The notes: generated from the sequence alone by a model not told the origin. Positions 11,501-20,238 are shown, numbered from the stretch's first letter. The stretch: DNA of 32,000 bases from Psychrobacter cryohalolentis K5 (GCF_000013905.1 NC_007969.1:1-32000), one strand, 5' to 3'. Numbers and translations are program-made.

Positions 11501-12304
11501 ATGACTACGGAAAGCCACAATAGCAATGACACTCGCATTACCTATGACATCCAAGATTACATCTGTCTGATCGGACTCAATCGCGTGGATAAACGCAATG
11601 CCTTTGATAGCCATATGATCAAGCAACTCTCTGACGCACTCACTCAATATGAAAATGATGCGAATCTGCGTTGTGCGTTAATATTCGCGCATGGTGAGCA
11701 TTTCACTGCTGGGCTTGATTTGATGGAGCTACAAGATAAATGGGATAAAGGCGCGTTTGAGTTTGCTGCCGACGAAATCGATCCGTGGGGAATCGGTGGG
11801 CAATTACGCAGTAAACCAGTCGTCGTCGCAGTACAAGGCACGTGCTTTACCGCTGGGATTGAGCTGATGCTCAATAGTGATGTCGTCATCGCAAGTGATA
11901 ACTGCAACTTTGCGCAAATGGAAGTCCAGCGCGGCATCATGCCCTTTGGCGGCGCGACGGTACGCTTTGTCGCGGCTGCTGGCTGGCAAAAAGCCATGCC
12001 GTATCTGCTCACGGGCAAAGCGTTTGATGCGCAAACGGCTGATAGACTGAACTTGGTCAGTGAAGTGGTGGCAAATGGAGAAGAGTATGAACATGCGCTG
12101 ACCATCGCCCAAGAGATTTGCAAAGCCGCACCACTTGGCGTACAAGGGCTGCTGTCATCGGCGCAAGATGCCAGCCGCAATGGGGCAGCTGCCGCGCTTG
12201 CTAATATCCATAGCTATTTGCCGCCGCTCTTTCATTCAGAAGATGCTAAAGAGGGTGCGATGGCGATGGTTGAGAGACGTGAGGCTGATTTTAGGGGGCG
12301 TTAG
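11501..12304 (+). CDS. Enoyl-CoA hydratase/isomerase (crotonase) family protein
   Basis: The crotonase fold signature is present (LNRVDKRNAFD, FTAGLDL, AVQGTCFTAGIELMLNSD). The start is placed at MTTESHN (ATG 11501), which has an AAGGA-like Shine-Dalgarno. The track ORF begins at 11462. Confidence 0.85.
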   Translation: MTTESHNSNDTRITYDIQDYICLIGLNRVDKRNAFDSHMIKQLSDALTQYENDANLRCALIFAHGEHFTAGLDLMELQDKWDKGAFEFAADEIDPWGIGGQLRSKPVVVAVQGTCFTAGIELMLNSDVVIASDNCNFAQMEVQRGIMPFGGATVRFVAAAGWQKAMPYLLTGKAFDAQTADRLNLVSEVVANGEEYEHALTIAQEICKAAPLGVQGLLSSAQDASRNGAAAALANIHSYLPPLFHSEDAKEGAMAMVERREADFRGR

Positions 12305-12375
12305 ATCTTTTCTGAAGTTCAATCTATCTAAAGTCCCACGCCAAACACCTAAACCTAAGACCGTAATCGCAAATA

Positions 12376-12410
12376 GCAAAAACCTCGCAAGCGCGAGGTC
12401 TCATTATTTT
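12376..12410. terminator. Bidirectional terminator between convergent genes
   Basis: CCTCGC-aagc-GCGAGG stem (12383..12398) with an A-run upstream and a T-rich tract downstream. On the minus strand the hairpin is followed by TTTTTG. Confidence 0.7.
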
Positions 12411-12460
12411 ATCGAGTATAACTGCTGATAACTGCACCAGCGTTAGTAGCTTGGCACTGA

Positions 12461-13300
12461 CTATTTAGCCGACTTGTAGTAGTCCACCATCATAGTGCCT
12501 AACGTGCCGTTGTCATCGATAGTGACGATTCTGACAGTACCTGATTGTGCTGCGGTACTAGACTGCACTTGTCCGGCGTTACCTAAGACGACTTGGTTAT
12601 TTTTCGCCGCCATTGCTCCGTTACCGATAGCGATGCTATTTATGCCGCCAGCCATAGATTTATTGCCTAACGCTACCGAGTTTGCACCTTGTGCGGCTGC
12701 CGCTTCACCAACTGCGGTAGAGCGTACGCCACTAGCATTGGCTAGATGACCAAACGCTTGCGCGCGTTCAGCAGTGGCTTTAGACTGCCAACCGATGGAC
12801 GTTGAGCCTAGACCTGCGGCATTGGCTTCACCACCGACAGCGGTTGCGGAGTTTAGACCTGCATTGGCTTTATTACCGACAGCGACGGTATCGTTAGTGC
12901 CACCAGCCATGGCTGCTTCACCAACAGCGGTAGAGCGAACACCACTAGCATTGGCTAGATGACCAAAGGCTTGCGCGCGTTCAGCTGTGGCTTTGGATTG
13001 CCAACCGATAGACGTCGAGCCTAGACCTGCGGCATTGGCTTGACCACCGACAGCCGTAGCAGAATTAAGTCCTGCATTTGCCATATTACCGATAGCAACA
13101 GTATCATTGCTGCCGCCAGCAGTGGCTGTATTGCCAAGAGCGAGGGCAGTAGTGCTAGTAGTGTTTGCGGTGGTTTGTGCATTTGACGTTTGATAGTCAG
13201 CGCCTGTTGCCATAGTCGTGCATGAAGCGGTGGCAGCGATGGCTAAAGTAAGGGCACACGTTTTGAGTGCTAAGTTTGGTAAAAAGTCCATTTTCATCAT
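12461..13300 (-). CDS. YadA-head (Hep_Hag-type) repeat lipoprotein lacking an autotransporter anchor
   Basis: Degenerate NS(V/A)A(I/V/L)G-type head repeats run throughout (GANSVALGNKSMAGGINSIAIGNGAMA). The N-terminus MMKMDFLPNLALKTCALTLAIAATASC looks like a signal peptide ending in a Cys, a possible lipobox. The start is placed at the ATG preceded by AAGGAT (13300). There is no C-terminal beta-barrel anchor motif. Confidence 0.7.
   Translation of the reverse strand: MMKMDFLPNLALKTCALTLAIAATASCTTMATGADYQTSNAQTTANTTSTTALALGNTATAGGSNDTVAIGNMANAGLNSATAVGGQANAAGLGSTSIGWQSKATAERAQAFGHLANASGVRSTAVGEAAMAGGTNDTVAVGNKANAGLNSATAVGGEANAAGLGSTSIGWQSKATAERAQAFGHLANASGVRSTAVGEAAAAQGANSVALGNKSMAGGINSIAIGNGAMAAKNNQVVLGNAGQVQSSTAAQSGTVRIVTIDDNGTLGTMMVDYYKSAK
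12702..13127. repeat. Tandem 213-bp (71-codon) direct repeat inside the YadA-like gene
   Basis: Unit 1 is 12702..12914 and unit 2 is 12915..13127. The encoded 57-aa core ANAGLNSATAVGG[Q/E]ANAAGLGSTSIGWQSKATAERAQAFGHLANASGVRSTAVGEAA is identical except for one residue, while the DNA differs at many synonymous positions. Confidence 0.9.
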
Positions 13301-13539
13301 GCTAAATCCTTTTAGAAAAGCCATCTTGGCTTAGTAGGGGGTTTGGGTAAAAGCTGATAGATCACAATCCTTGCAATATCAGCGTACTCTGGCATAAATA
13401 ACTTGATCATATGTAGAGTCCGCAACATTAATGTAACACTAATTTTTAGCCATTATTCAAATAATGATGATGTTATATTTTTAAATATCATTTAAGCCGA
13501 CGGATGAACAGTTATAATATAAAGCAATCGTAAAGGGGA

Positions 13540-14724
13540 ATGCTGGTGTTGTACAACTTTGATGAAATAATAGACAGGTGTAACACGGGGTCGTTTAAAT
13601 GGCATTATACCGATGAGACAATTCCGCTGTGGGTCGCGGATATGGACTTTAAGGCCGCCCAGCCTATTTTAGCGGCGATTGAGCAAGTAACGCAGCATGG
13701 CATATTGGGTTACACCGTGCCGACCGAGCCGTTGTATCAAGCGATTATCGACTGGCATGGCAGTCGTTATGACTTGTGGCTGGATCAACAGGATATCCTG
13801 TTTTCTCCGGGTGTCGTGCCAAGTTTGGTGCTGATGATGAAGGTATTTACCGAGGTAGGGGATGCGGTACTCATCAATGACCCTATTTATACGCCTTTTA
13901 TGACCAAGGTTTTAGACAATGATCGTAAGCTGGTGACTTCTGCATTACAGGAGGTTGAGGGCCGATATCATCTAGATTTAGTCGATATCGAAGCCAAAAT
14001 TATCGAGCATAAAGTTAAGCTATATTTGTTCTGCAATCCGCATAATCCGGGCGGGCGGGTATGGACAGCGGATGAGCTTGAAGCGCTGCTTTTCATCTGC
14101 AAAAAGCACGATGTGGCGATTGTGAGTGATGAGATTCATCAAGATTTAACTTTGAGTGGGCATACATTCACGCCTTTTTTAACCCTAGCAAAAGACTATG
14201 AACACAAAGTAGTAAACCTAACCTCGATGACCAAAACCTTTAATATTGCCGGTATCAAAGGCTCGATGATATTTGCTAAAGACAGCGGATTACTGAGTAA
14301 AATTAACCAGCAGCAGCGTTTAAGTGACGAACATGAGCTAAATTTATTTGCTTATACAGCGATGCGTAGTGCTTATGAGCAAGGTGACGAGTGGTTGGCG
14401 CAGGCGCTGACTTATATTGAAGCCAATATTGACTTAACGCTACAGTTTTTAGAAGAGCATTTGCCTAAAATTAAGGTGATGCGTCCAGAAGCTTCGTATT
14501 TGATTTGGCTAGATTGTTCGGCATATGCGCAAGACGATCAAATGCTTTATGACAAATTGAGAGCTGCTAAGGTTGAGCTGAGTGCAGGGATTAAATATGG
14601 TGGTGAAGGCCATCTTAAAATGCGCCTCAATGTGGCGTGTCCTAAAGCGCTGCTGATAGAAGGGCTAAACCGTATGCAAACAGCATTAAATAGCGATGTT
14701 TTTAATATAGTCGATTCAATTTAA
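13540..14724 (+). CDS. PLP-dependent C-S lyase / aminotransferase class I-II (PatB/MalY type cystathionine beta-lyase)
   Basis: The 394 aa include NFDEIIDRCNTGSFKW (typical MalY/PatB N-terminus), LFCNPHNPGGRVW, the SDEIHQDL motif and SMTKTFNIAG (PLP lysine). GTG 13546 or TTG 13549 are alternative starts with better Shine-Dalgarno spacing. Confidence 0.85.
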   Translation: MLVLYNFDEIIDRCNTGSFKWHYTDETIPLWVADMDFKAAQPILAAIEQVTQHGILGYTVPTEPLYQAIIDWHGSRYDLWLDQQDILFSPGVVPSLVLMMKVFTEVGDAVLINDPIYTPFMTKVLDNDRKLVTSALQEVEGRYHLDLVDIEAKIIEHKVKLYLFCNPHNPGGRVWTADELEALLFICKKHDVAIVSDEIHQDLTLSGHTFTPFLTLAKDYEHKVVNLTSMTKTFNIAGIKGSMIFAKDSGLLSKINQQQRLSDEHELNLFAYTAMRSAYEQGDEWLAQALTYIEANIDLTLQFLEEHLPKIKVMRPEASYLIWLDCSAYAQDDQMLYDKLRAAKVELSAGIKYGGEGHLKMRLNVACPKALLIEGLNRMQTALNSDVFNIVDSI

Positions 14725-14734
14725 AAAGAATACG

Positions 14735-14812
14735 GTGTTGCTGGGATAAATTTTGCGAAGCTTCTGGAGTGCGAAGTGCACAGCAAGCGAGGAAAGTTTA
14801 TCCCAGCATAAC
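14735..14812 (-). repeat. Hairpin-forming intergenic repeat element, copy A (inverted orientation)
   Basis: TGCTGGGATAAATTTT (14739..14754) pairs with AAAGTTTATCCCAGCA (14793..14808). The reverse complement aligns with copies B, C and D through the core CTGG-AT-AA-TTT...GCTTGCTGTGC...CGCAAAA-T-ATCCCAG. Confidence 0.85.
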
Positions 14813-14852
14813 GCTATTTTTAACATGCCTCTTTTATATCGAACTGACTGTA

Positions 14853-16421
14853 TTACTTAGCTGGATAACCCGTAATATCTTGAATGCTTTGATATAAAGG
14901 CTTTAAGCGCTCATACATTTTGAGATAAACCTCATTATAAAGGCGTTTGTAGAGCTGGACATTGGCTTCGATAGGTAAGAATCCATCACCCAAATGGGTC
15001 ATGGCCTGAGTTGCGGTTAAATGGTCGGGATAAACGCCAAGTCCCACCGCACAATTGATAGCAGCGCCTAAGCCTGAGGCTTCATAAGTATGCGGTCGAT
15101 AAGCGGGCATACCGAAGATATCTGCCGTCAGTTGCATCGCTGAGTCACTTTGGGAACCACCGCCAGACACACGCAGATGTTTAATGGCTTTGCCTGTACG
15201 CTTCTCAATGGTATCAAAACCAAGCTTTAGCTCATAAGCCAGCCCTTCCAAAATAGCGCGGTAGACATGCGCTCGCGTATGTACATCACCAAAACCAATA
15301 AGCGCACCTTTGCCTTCAAGACCCGGATGACGAACACCGGGCGACCAGTACGGCTGCATCATCAAACCCATACAGCCTGCTGGAATGTCTTTGACTGCCT
15401 TATCGAGTAGTTTTTCAGTATCAACACCCTGCGTTTTTGCCAGTTGCTCTTCATACTGGGCAAATTGCTCCTTAAACCAGCTGACCATCCAAAAGCCGCG
15501 ATAAATCATATACTCATGATTGTAGTAATTTGGCGCGGCGGCGGTATAAGCGGGCATGTGCTTGAGTATCTCAATATAATGGCTCGACGTGGTATTAATA
15601 GTCGCAGTAGTGCCAAAGCTTAAGCAGGCGGTATCGGCGGCAAGTCCGGCGGAACCCAACGCTTCGCACGCTTTATCACTGGCGGCAGCAATCATTGGCG
15701 TGCCTTCAAGAATACCAGTAGCGGCGGCAGCGTGAGCGGTAATATGACCAAGTAGCTGCCCAGGTGGCATAAGTTTGGGCATTTGCTCTAGTCGGCAACT
15801 AAACAGTCGCCATTTGATGTTGTTTGGCTTAAACCATGCTTGCGCTTTGTAATCGTAAGGCAGATAGCCTAAGGCATGACCAGTAGAGTCGGCAATCTCG
15901 CCTGTGAGCTGATAGGTGAGGTACGCGGATAAATTGACATAATGAGTGGTTTTTGCCCACATTTCTGGTTCATGATGCGCAAGCCAATTACAGCGTGCTT
16001 TTTGCTGCGCCTCTTGTACCAGCTCGCCCATACCGATGACTTTGGTGAGTGGACCTAGAAAGCCTATGTCATTGTTCTCGCCGCGACGCAAATCCATCCA
16101 CACAATGGCTGGACGTAGCGGTTGTTTATCCTTGTCCAAACATATCATGGTATAGCGCTGGGTGGCGAGACTGACGCCGGCAATTTGCGCTGGGCTAATA
16201 TCGCAGGTTTGCCACAACTGCTGACAGGCCTCGCTTAATTTTTGCCAATAGTAGTCAGCATGTTGCTCGGCAAAACTAGGCTGCTCAGAAAAATACGGCT
16301 CGATAGGGACGCGTGCTTTGGCTATCTCGGTGCCGAATTGATCAAAGATAAGCGCTCTCACGCTTTGGGTGCCATTGTCGATAGCTAAGAAATAAATAGG
16401 CGCATCAAAGTTGTCGGTCAT
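14853..16421 (-). CDS. FGGY-family carbohydrate/polyol kinase (substrate unknown)
   Basis: FLAIDNGTQSVRALIFD is the FGGY N-terminal motif and VSGGGSQSDSAMQLTADIFGMP the C-terminal motif. The second ATG (16421) has proper spacing from the AAGG Shine-Dalgarno. The track starts at 16427. Confidence 0.85.
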   Translation of the reverse strand: MTDNFDAPIYFLAIDNGTQSVRALIFDQFGTEIAKARVPIEPYFSEQPSFAEQHADYYWQKLSEACQQLWQTCDISPAQIAGVSLATQRYTMICLDKDKQPLRPAIVWMDLRRGENNDIGFLGPLTKVIGMGELVQEAQQKARCNWLAHHEPEMWAKTTHYVNLSAYLTYQLTGEIADSTGHALGYLPYDYKAQAWFKPNNIKWRLFSCRLEQMPKLMPPGQLLGHITAHAAAATGILEGTPMIAAASDKACEALGSAGLAADTACLSFGTTATINTTSSHYIEILKHMPAYTAAAPNYYNHEYMIYRGFWMVSWFKEQFAQYEEQLAKTQGVDTEKLLDKAVKDIPAGCMGLMMQPYWSPGVRHPGLEGKGALIGFGDVHTRAHVYRAILEGLAYELKLGFDTIEKRTGKAIKHLRVSGGGSQSDSAMQLTADIFGMPAYRPHTYEASGLGAAINCAVGLGVYPDHLTATQAMTHLGDGFLPIEANVQLYKRLYNEVYLKMYERLKPLYQSIQDITGYPAK

Positions 16422-16473
16422 AGTCATCCTTAACTATGTGGGAATATAGATTGAAGCTAACTTAGAGTATAAA

Positions 16474-16547
16474 GCGGAACGGGTATTAATTTTTCTAGCT
16501 TGCTGTGCCTACGCCGATAGAGGCTAAAAAAATCATCCCAGTTCCGT
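16474..16547 (+). repeat. Hairpin-forming intergenic repeat element, copy B
   Basis: Outer arms CGGAAC (16475..16480) and GTTCCG (16541..16546) flank GGGTATTAATTTTT...TGCTGTGCCTACGCCGATAGAGGCT...AAAAAAATCATCCCAG. It sits between the GlpD-like stop and the kinase start. Confidence 0.85.
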
Positions 16548-16600
16548 CATATCTTTTCAACACTGAGTTTAGTATAGATAAATTAGGATATAAAAAAGCG

Positions 16601-18256
16601 CTAAGCCACAGGCAGATAATAGTAGCGTTGCCATAAGGCTTGATAACGGTCAGCCTCTTGCTGCCATTTTTGCTCATCCCAGCCTAGCTCCTGCTGACAT
16701 ATTTGCTTGACTCGCTGACTGATTAGCGGGGTCATCGCACCATTGGGCAATATAAGACCCAAGCGCGTGCGTCGTAGTAATAAATCATCCAAATGAATAA
16801 CCTGCTCATAGCGAGCAGCAAAGCGAATCTCCGCCCAAATGGTATTGCTATCGGTCACATAAGCCAAGTCATCGTCATGAGCCAGCTCTAGCAAAGTATC
16901 GAGCTGTAGGCCATAAAAACCTTTTAAGCGCTGTTGTAATGGTAGCGGCAGGGCAGTAAATTTAGGATTGGTTGAGGTTTGCTTGCTAAAAACTTGGCTG
17001 CTATATAACACATTATCTTGAGTAGCTGATTCATCGAGTTCGAGCACCTTTTGACAGACTTTTAGTACATCAAGGGCGATTAGGCGAAAGGTGGTTAATT
17101 TGCCACCGCTTACAGTGACCAGATTATTATCCAACCAGACGCTATGATCGCGTTTTTCCTTACTAGGACTGACGCGCTTACCATCATTGCCATCAGAAAT
17201 CAGTGGTCGCACGCCTGCCCATGAGCTGATGACATCCTTGCGGCTAATATCTACATCATCAAAAAGATCGTTGGTCGCGGTCAAAAGATAGTCCACCTCA
17301 GCATTGGTAATGCCGACTTCTGTATCATCTAAGGGTGGATGGTCCAAATCAGTAGTACCAAGAACGGTTCGGTTCTCCCACGGAAAGACAAAGATTGCTC
17401 TTTTATCGACAGGATGCAAAAAGGTATACGCTTGATTGAGCGGTAGGCGCTCTTGACTAACCACCAAATGACTGCCACGCGATGGACGAATTTGCTTATG
17501 AAAGGTTTGTTCCGTTTGCTGACTGGCTTGCATCCGTAACGTATCTGCCCAAGCGCCCGTGGCACTGACCACGACTTTGGCCTGAACGTCGTGAGTATGG
17601 GTGCTATGTTGAGGCGAGGTATCTTTTAGAGTAGCCCCCACCACTAAGCCTTGTTCAGTGGTTATGAGTGATTCTGCTTTAAGATAGTTAATCGCATGCG
17701 CACCATCATGAATAGCTTCGTCCAATACCCGCATCACGAGCCGTGAGTCATCGGTCACAGCATCACTAAATTGACTGGCACCCAAAAACTTATCTTGTTT
17801 AATATGAGGGTTAAGGCTAAGAAAGGCGTCTTTTTCAAAGTACTTAAAGTAGTGCTTACCCGCGAGCTTATCATATACCCTAAGCAGATTATTAAATATC
17901 CATGGCGGTGGAAACTTGCCTTTGTAATGAGGCATGACATAGTGCATCTCATTAACGAGACCACTCGCTTCATTCAGCATGCGTTCACGCTCGCGTACGC
18001 TGTGCAGTGTCGTCTTGAAATCGCCCGAGGCAATGTAACGTAGCCCGCCATGTACCATTTTGCTTGAGCGGCTGGAGGTGCCCCAAGCGAAGTCTTTTTG
18101 TTCAATTAATAGTACTGCTAAGCCGCGCCTTGCTGCTTCGCGAGCAATACCAGCACCAGTGATCCCGCCACCGATGATGAGCATATCCCATGGTTCAGAA
18201 CGAGACAGTGGTGCTAATGCTTGCTGGCGTTGTTGATATTGATTAGCTCGGTTCAT
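16601..18256 (-). CDS. FAD-dependent glycerol-3-phosphate dehydrogenase/oxidase family protein (GlpD-like)
   Basis: Dinucleotide-binding motif DMLIIGGGITGAGIAREAARRG, then FAWGTSSRSSKMVHGGLRY, and GGKLTTFRL later. Length is 551 aa. Confidence 0.88.
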   Translation of the reverse strand: MNRANQYQQRQQALAPLSRSEPWDMLIIGGGITGAGIAREAARRGLAVLLIEQKDFAWGTSSRSSKMVHGGLRYIASGDFKTTLHSVRERERMLNEASGLVNEMHYVMPHYKGKFPPPWIFNNLLRVYDKLAGKHYFKYFEKDAFLSLNPHIKQDKFLGASQFSDAVTDDSRLVMRVLDEAIHDGAHAINYLKAESLITTEQGLVVGATLKDTSPQHSTHTHDVQAKVVVSATGAWADTLRMQASQQTEQTFHKQIRPSRGSHLVVSQERLPLNQAYTFLHPVDKRAIFVFPWENRTVLGTTDLDHPPLDDTEVGITNAEVDYLLTATNDLFDDVDISRKDVISSWAGVRPLISDGNDGKRVSPSKEKRDHSVWLDNNLVTVSGGKLTTFRLIALDVLKVCQKVLELDESATQDNVLYSSQVFSKQTSTNPKFTALPLPLQQRLKGFYGLQLDTLLELAHDDDLAYVTDSNTIWAEIRFAARYEQVIHLDDLLLRRTRLGLILPNGAMTPLISQRVKQICQQELGWDEQKWQQEADRYQALWQRYYYLPVA

Positions 18257-18358
18257 AGACGACTCATTTTAATTGTTATTTAATTTCAACTATGTATGTT
18301 ATCCAAATAATCTAATTCATAGTCGTTACTAAATAAAATAAATACACTATATTATAAT

Positions 18359-18434
18359 GCGCGACTGGTATTAATTTTCCTTGCGTGCTGTGCCTACGCC
18401 GACAGAGGCTGCGAAAAATCAATGCCAGCCGCGC
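18359..18434 (+). repeat. Hairpin-forming intergenic repeat element, copy C
   Basis: GCGCGACTGGTATTAATTTT...GTGCTGTGCCTACGCCGACAGAGGCTGCGAAAAATCAATGCCAGCCGCGC. It sits between the flavoenzyme stop and the GlpD-like start. Confidence 0.88.
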
Positions 18435-18486
18435 TGTAACGCTCTTAAACCAAACTAACTATAAACAAGGTTTTTGAGTAAAGTTA

Positions 18487-20238
18487 TTATTCAATCAAAA
18501 CACCCGGATTCATACGCTGCTCAGGGTCCAGACTTTTAAGCATATCACGGGTAACCTGAATACCTAGCTTACCCTTTTCAGCAGTGAGGTAAGGGACATG
18601 GTCACGGCCGACACCATGCTGGTGCGATATTGTCGCTTTGCCATTTGCCAGACTTGAGCTGGCAGCATGCTTGATTTTTTGCCAGCGACTTAAGGTACTG
18701 GTGTGATCTCTAGCCGCTCTAAAGAAGTAGGTGGTATAAAGGCTAGCACCTTGCTTATACACATGTGAGATATGCGTAAATGCCATCACGGCTTCGCCTT
18801 CGTCTGCCAGTGCAGTTTGCACCGCTGCTTGCATCTGCTGCATTTGCTCGTCGATATTATGCCAATTGGTCGCGGTCTCAAAGGTATCCACCATGATGCC
18901 TTTCTCCCACAAAGTACCGCGCAAATATGGAAATTTAAAACGCCCATGTGACCATATCTTACCCATCAGATTGGCAAGCTTGCCACTGATACCCCCATGC
19001 TGCTTTAACAGATTTTTAAACTGCGTCAGTGCCAGCGCATTCTGTGCTTTATCACCTGATAGGCCATAAGTCAGCATGACTTTTTGTGAACCTAATCCGC
19101 GCGCTTTTAGATAGGTGTTGATTGCCAAAAATTGACTGGGCGTCGTGCCTAAATGTAGGTGAGCATCAGTCTCGACCGCATTGCTCAGGCGTAGCATCGA
19201 TAGGCGGATGTTTTTTTGTACCGCTTGTCTGAGCACTTCTTTACCCGCCTCCCAATTGGGTAAAAATACCACTTTGAATAGCTCTTCTTCCGGTTGTGAC
19301 TGCACGCGCATTTTGACTTCGGTAAAAATACCGGCGCGGCCTTCAGTACCCATCATCATTTCACGCAGATCAGGCCCTGCTGCTGACGCTGGAATATCAG
19401 CGATATTGAGTACACCTTGCGGCGTGACCAACGTACCACCAGCAAACATCTGCTCGATACGTCCGTAACCCAATGACTGCTGACCGCTAGAGCGTGCTGC
19501 AATCCAGCCGCCAAGCGTCGATAGCTCCCACGACTGCGGATAATGTCCTAAACGGTAACCGTGGGCATTTAATTGTGCCTCGACTGCTGGACCTTGTGTA
19601 CCTGCGCCAAAAGTAGCAATTTGGCTCTCTATATCCAAGTCAATCAGCTGATCCATCCTACTCATAGCAATAGTCAATATGGGGCGTGAGCCTTTTTGCG
19701 GGTTGATATGACCAGCGACTGAGGTACCGCCGCCAAAAGGAATGACGATCAGGTCGTACTCGCTTGCTAGTTTTAATAAGGTTTCGACATCAGCGGTTGA
19801 TTGCGGATGCGCCACGCCATCAGGAAAGACTTTAAAGTCGCCACCATGCATGGCTATCCAATCTGGGAAGCTTTGACCACGGGCGTGTCTGAGTCTTACC
19901 TCGTTATCGACAGATACAGTATCAAGCTCAATCATAGCAGCAGGTAAGCGTGATTTTGGAACGGTTTTGAGCACCTTTTGTAAGCTGACAGAAGACAGTT
20001 TTTTAGTTTTACCGATATGAGATTTGATCAGTTTTGCGCCATGTGGCGAGACTTTTTTATTGATACTGACATTGCCCCAACCATTCCAGCGCGTCTGTTC
20101 TATAGGTGTGTTGGCAGGTGTAGTGACGGACGTATCTATTTTTGAGAGCGTATCTAAACTGGTATTATCAATAGGAGAGGTCGTTGAGATAGAGGCAGTT
20201 TTAGACGTTTTACGCATAAAGGATTTAATTTTGCTCAT
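18487..20238 (-). CDS. FAD-linked oxidase (VAO/PCMH fold), alkyl-dihydroxyacetonephosphate-synthase-like
   Basis: The 583 aa include the RWNGWGN motif near the N-terminus, RLRHARGQSFPDW, FPDGVAHPQS..VE.LLKLA....L.VIPFGGGTSVAGH (FAD-binding PCMH domain), and HQHGVGRDH near the C-terminus. From memory this pattern is characteristic of AGPS-like rather than GlcD-like members. The N-terminal ~45 aa is Ser/Thr-rich. Confidence 0.75.
   Translation of the reverse strand: MSKIKSFMRKTSKTASISTTSPIDNTSLDTLSKIDTSVTTPANTPIEQTRWNGWGNVSINKKVSPHGAKLIKSHIGKTKKLSSVSLQKVLKTVPKSRLPAAMIELDTVSVDNEVRLRHARGQSFPDWIAMHGGDFKVFPDGVAHPQSTADVETLLKLASEYDLIVIPFGGGTSVAGHINPQKGSRPILTIAMSRMDQLIDLDIESQIATFGAGTQGPAVEAQLNAHGYRLGHYPQSWELSTLGGWIAARSSGQQSLGYGRIEQMFAGGTLVTPQGVLNIADIPASAAGPDLREMMMGTEGRAGIFTEVKMRVQSQPEEELFKVVFLPNWEAGKEVLRQAVQKNIRLSMLRLSNAVETDAHLHLGTTPSQFLAINTYLKARGLGSQKVMLTYGLSGDKAQNALALTQFKNLLKQHGGISGKLANLMGKIWSHGRFKFPYLRGTLWEKGIMVDTFETATNWHNIDEQMQQMQAAVQTALADEGEAVMAFTHISHVYKQGASLYTTYFFRAARDHTSTLSRWQKIKHAASSSLANGKATISHQHGVGRDHVPYLTAEKGKLGIQVTRDMLKSLDPEQRMNPGVLIE

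Noticed and set aside
11644-12180. 178-aa and 113-aa minus-strand ORFs inside the crotonase gene. The same judgement applies to the antisense ORFs at 12495..12962, 26847..27215 and 27492..27920.
   Set aside because: They are shadow ORFs opposite well-supported genes, with Ala/Ser/Pro/Arg-rich low-complexity translations typical of antisense frames.
16495-16677. 60-aa minus-strand ORF spanning the kinase/GlpD-like junction.
   Set aside because: It is built largely from repeat element B plus the 3' end of the GlpD-like gene. The same repeat occurs in non-coding contexts elsewhere, so it is not coding.
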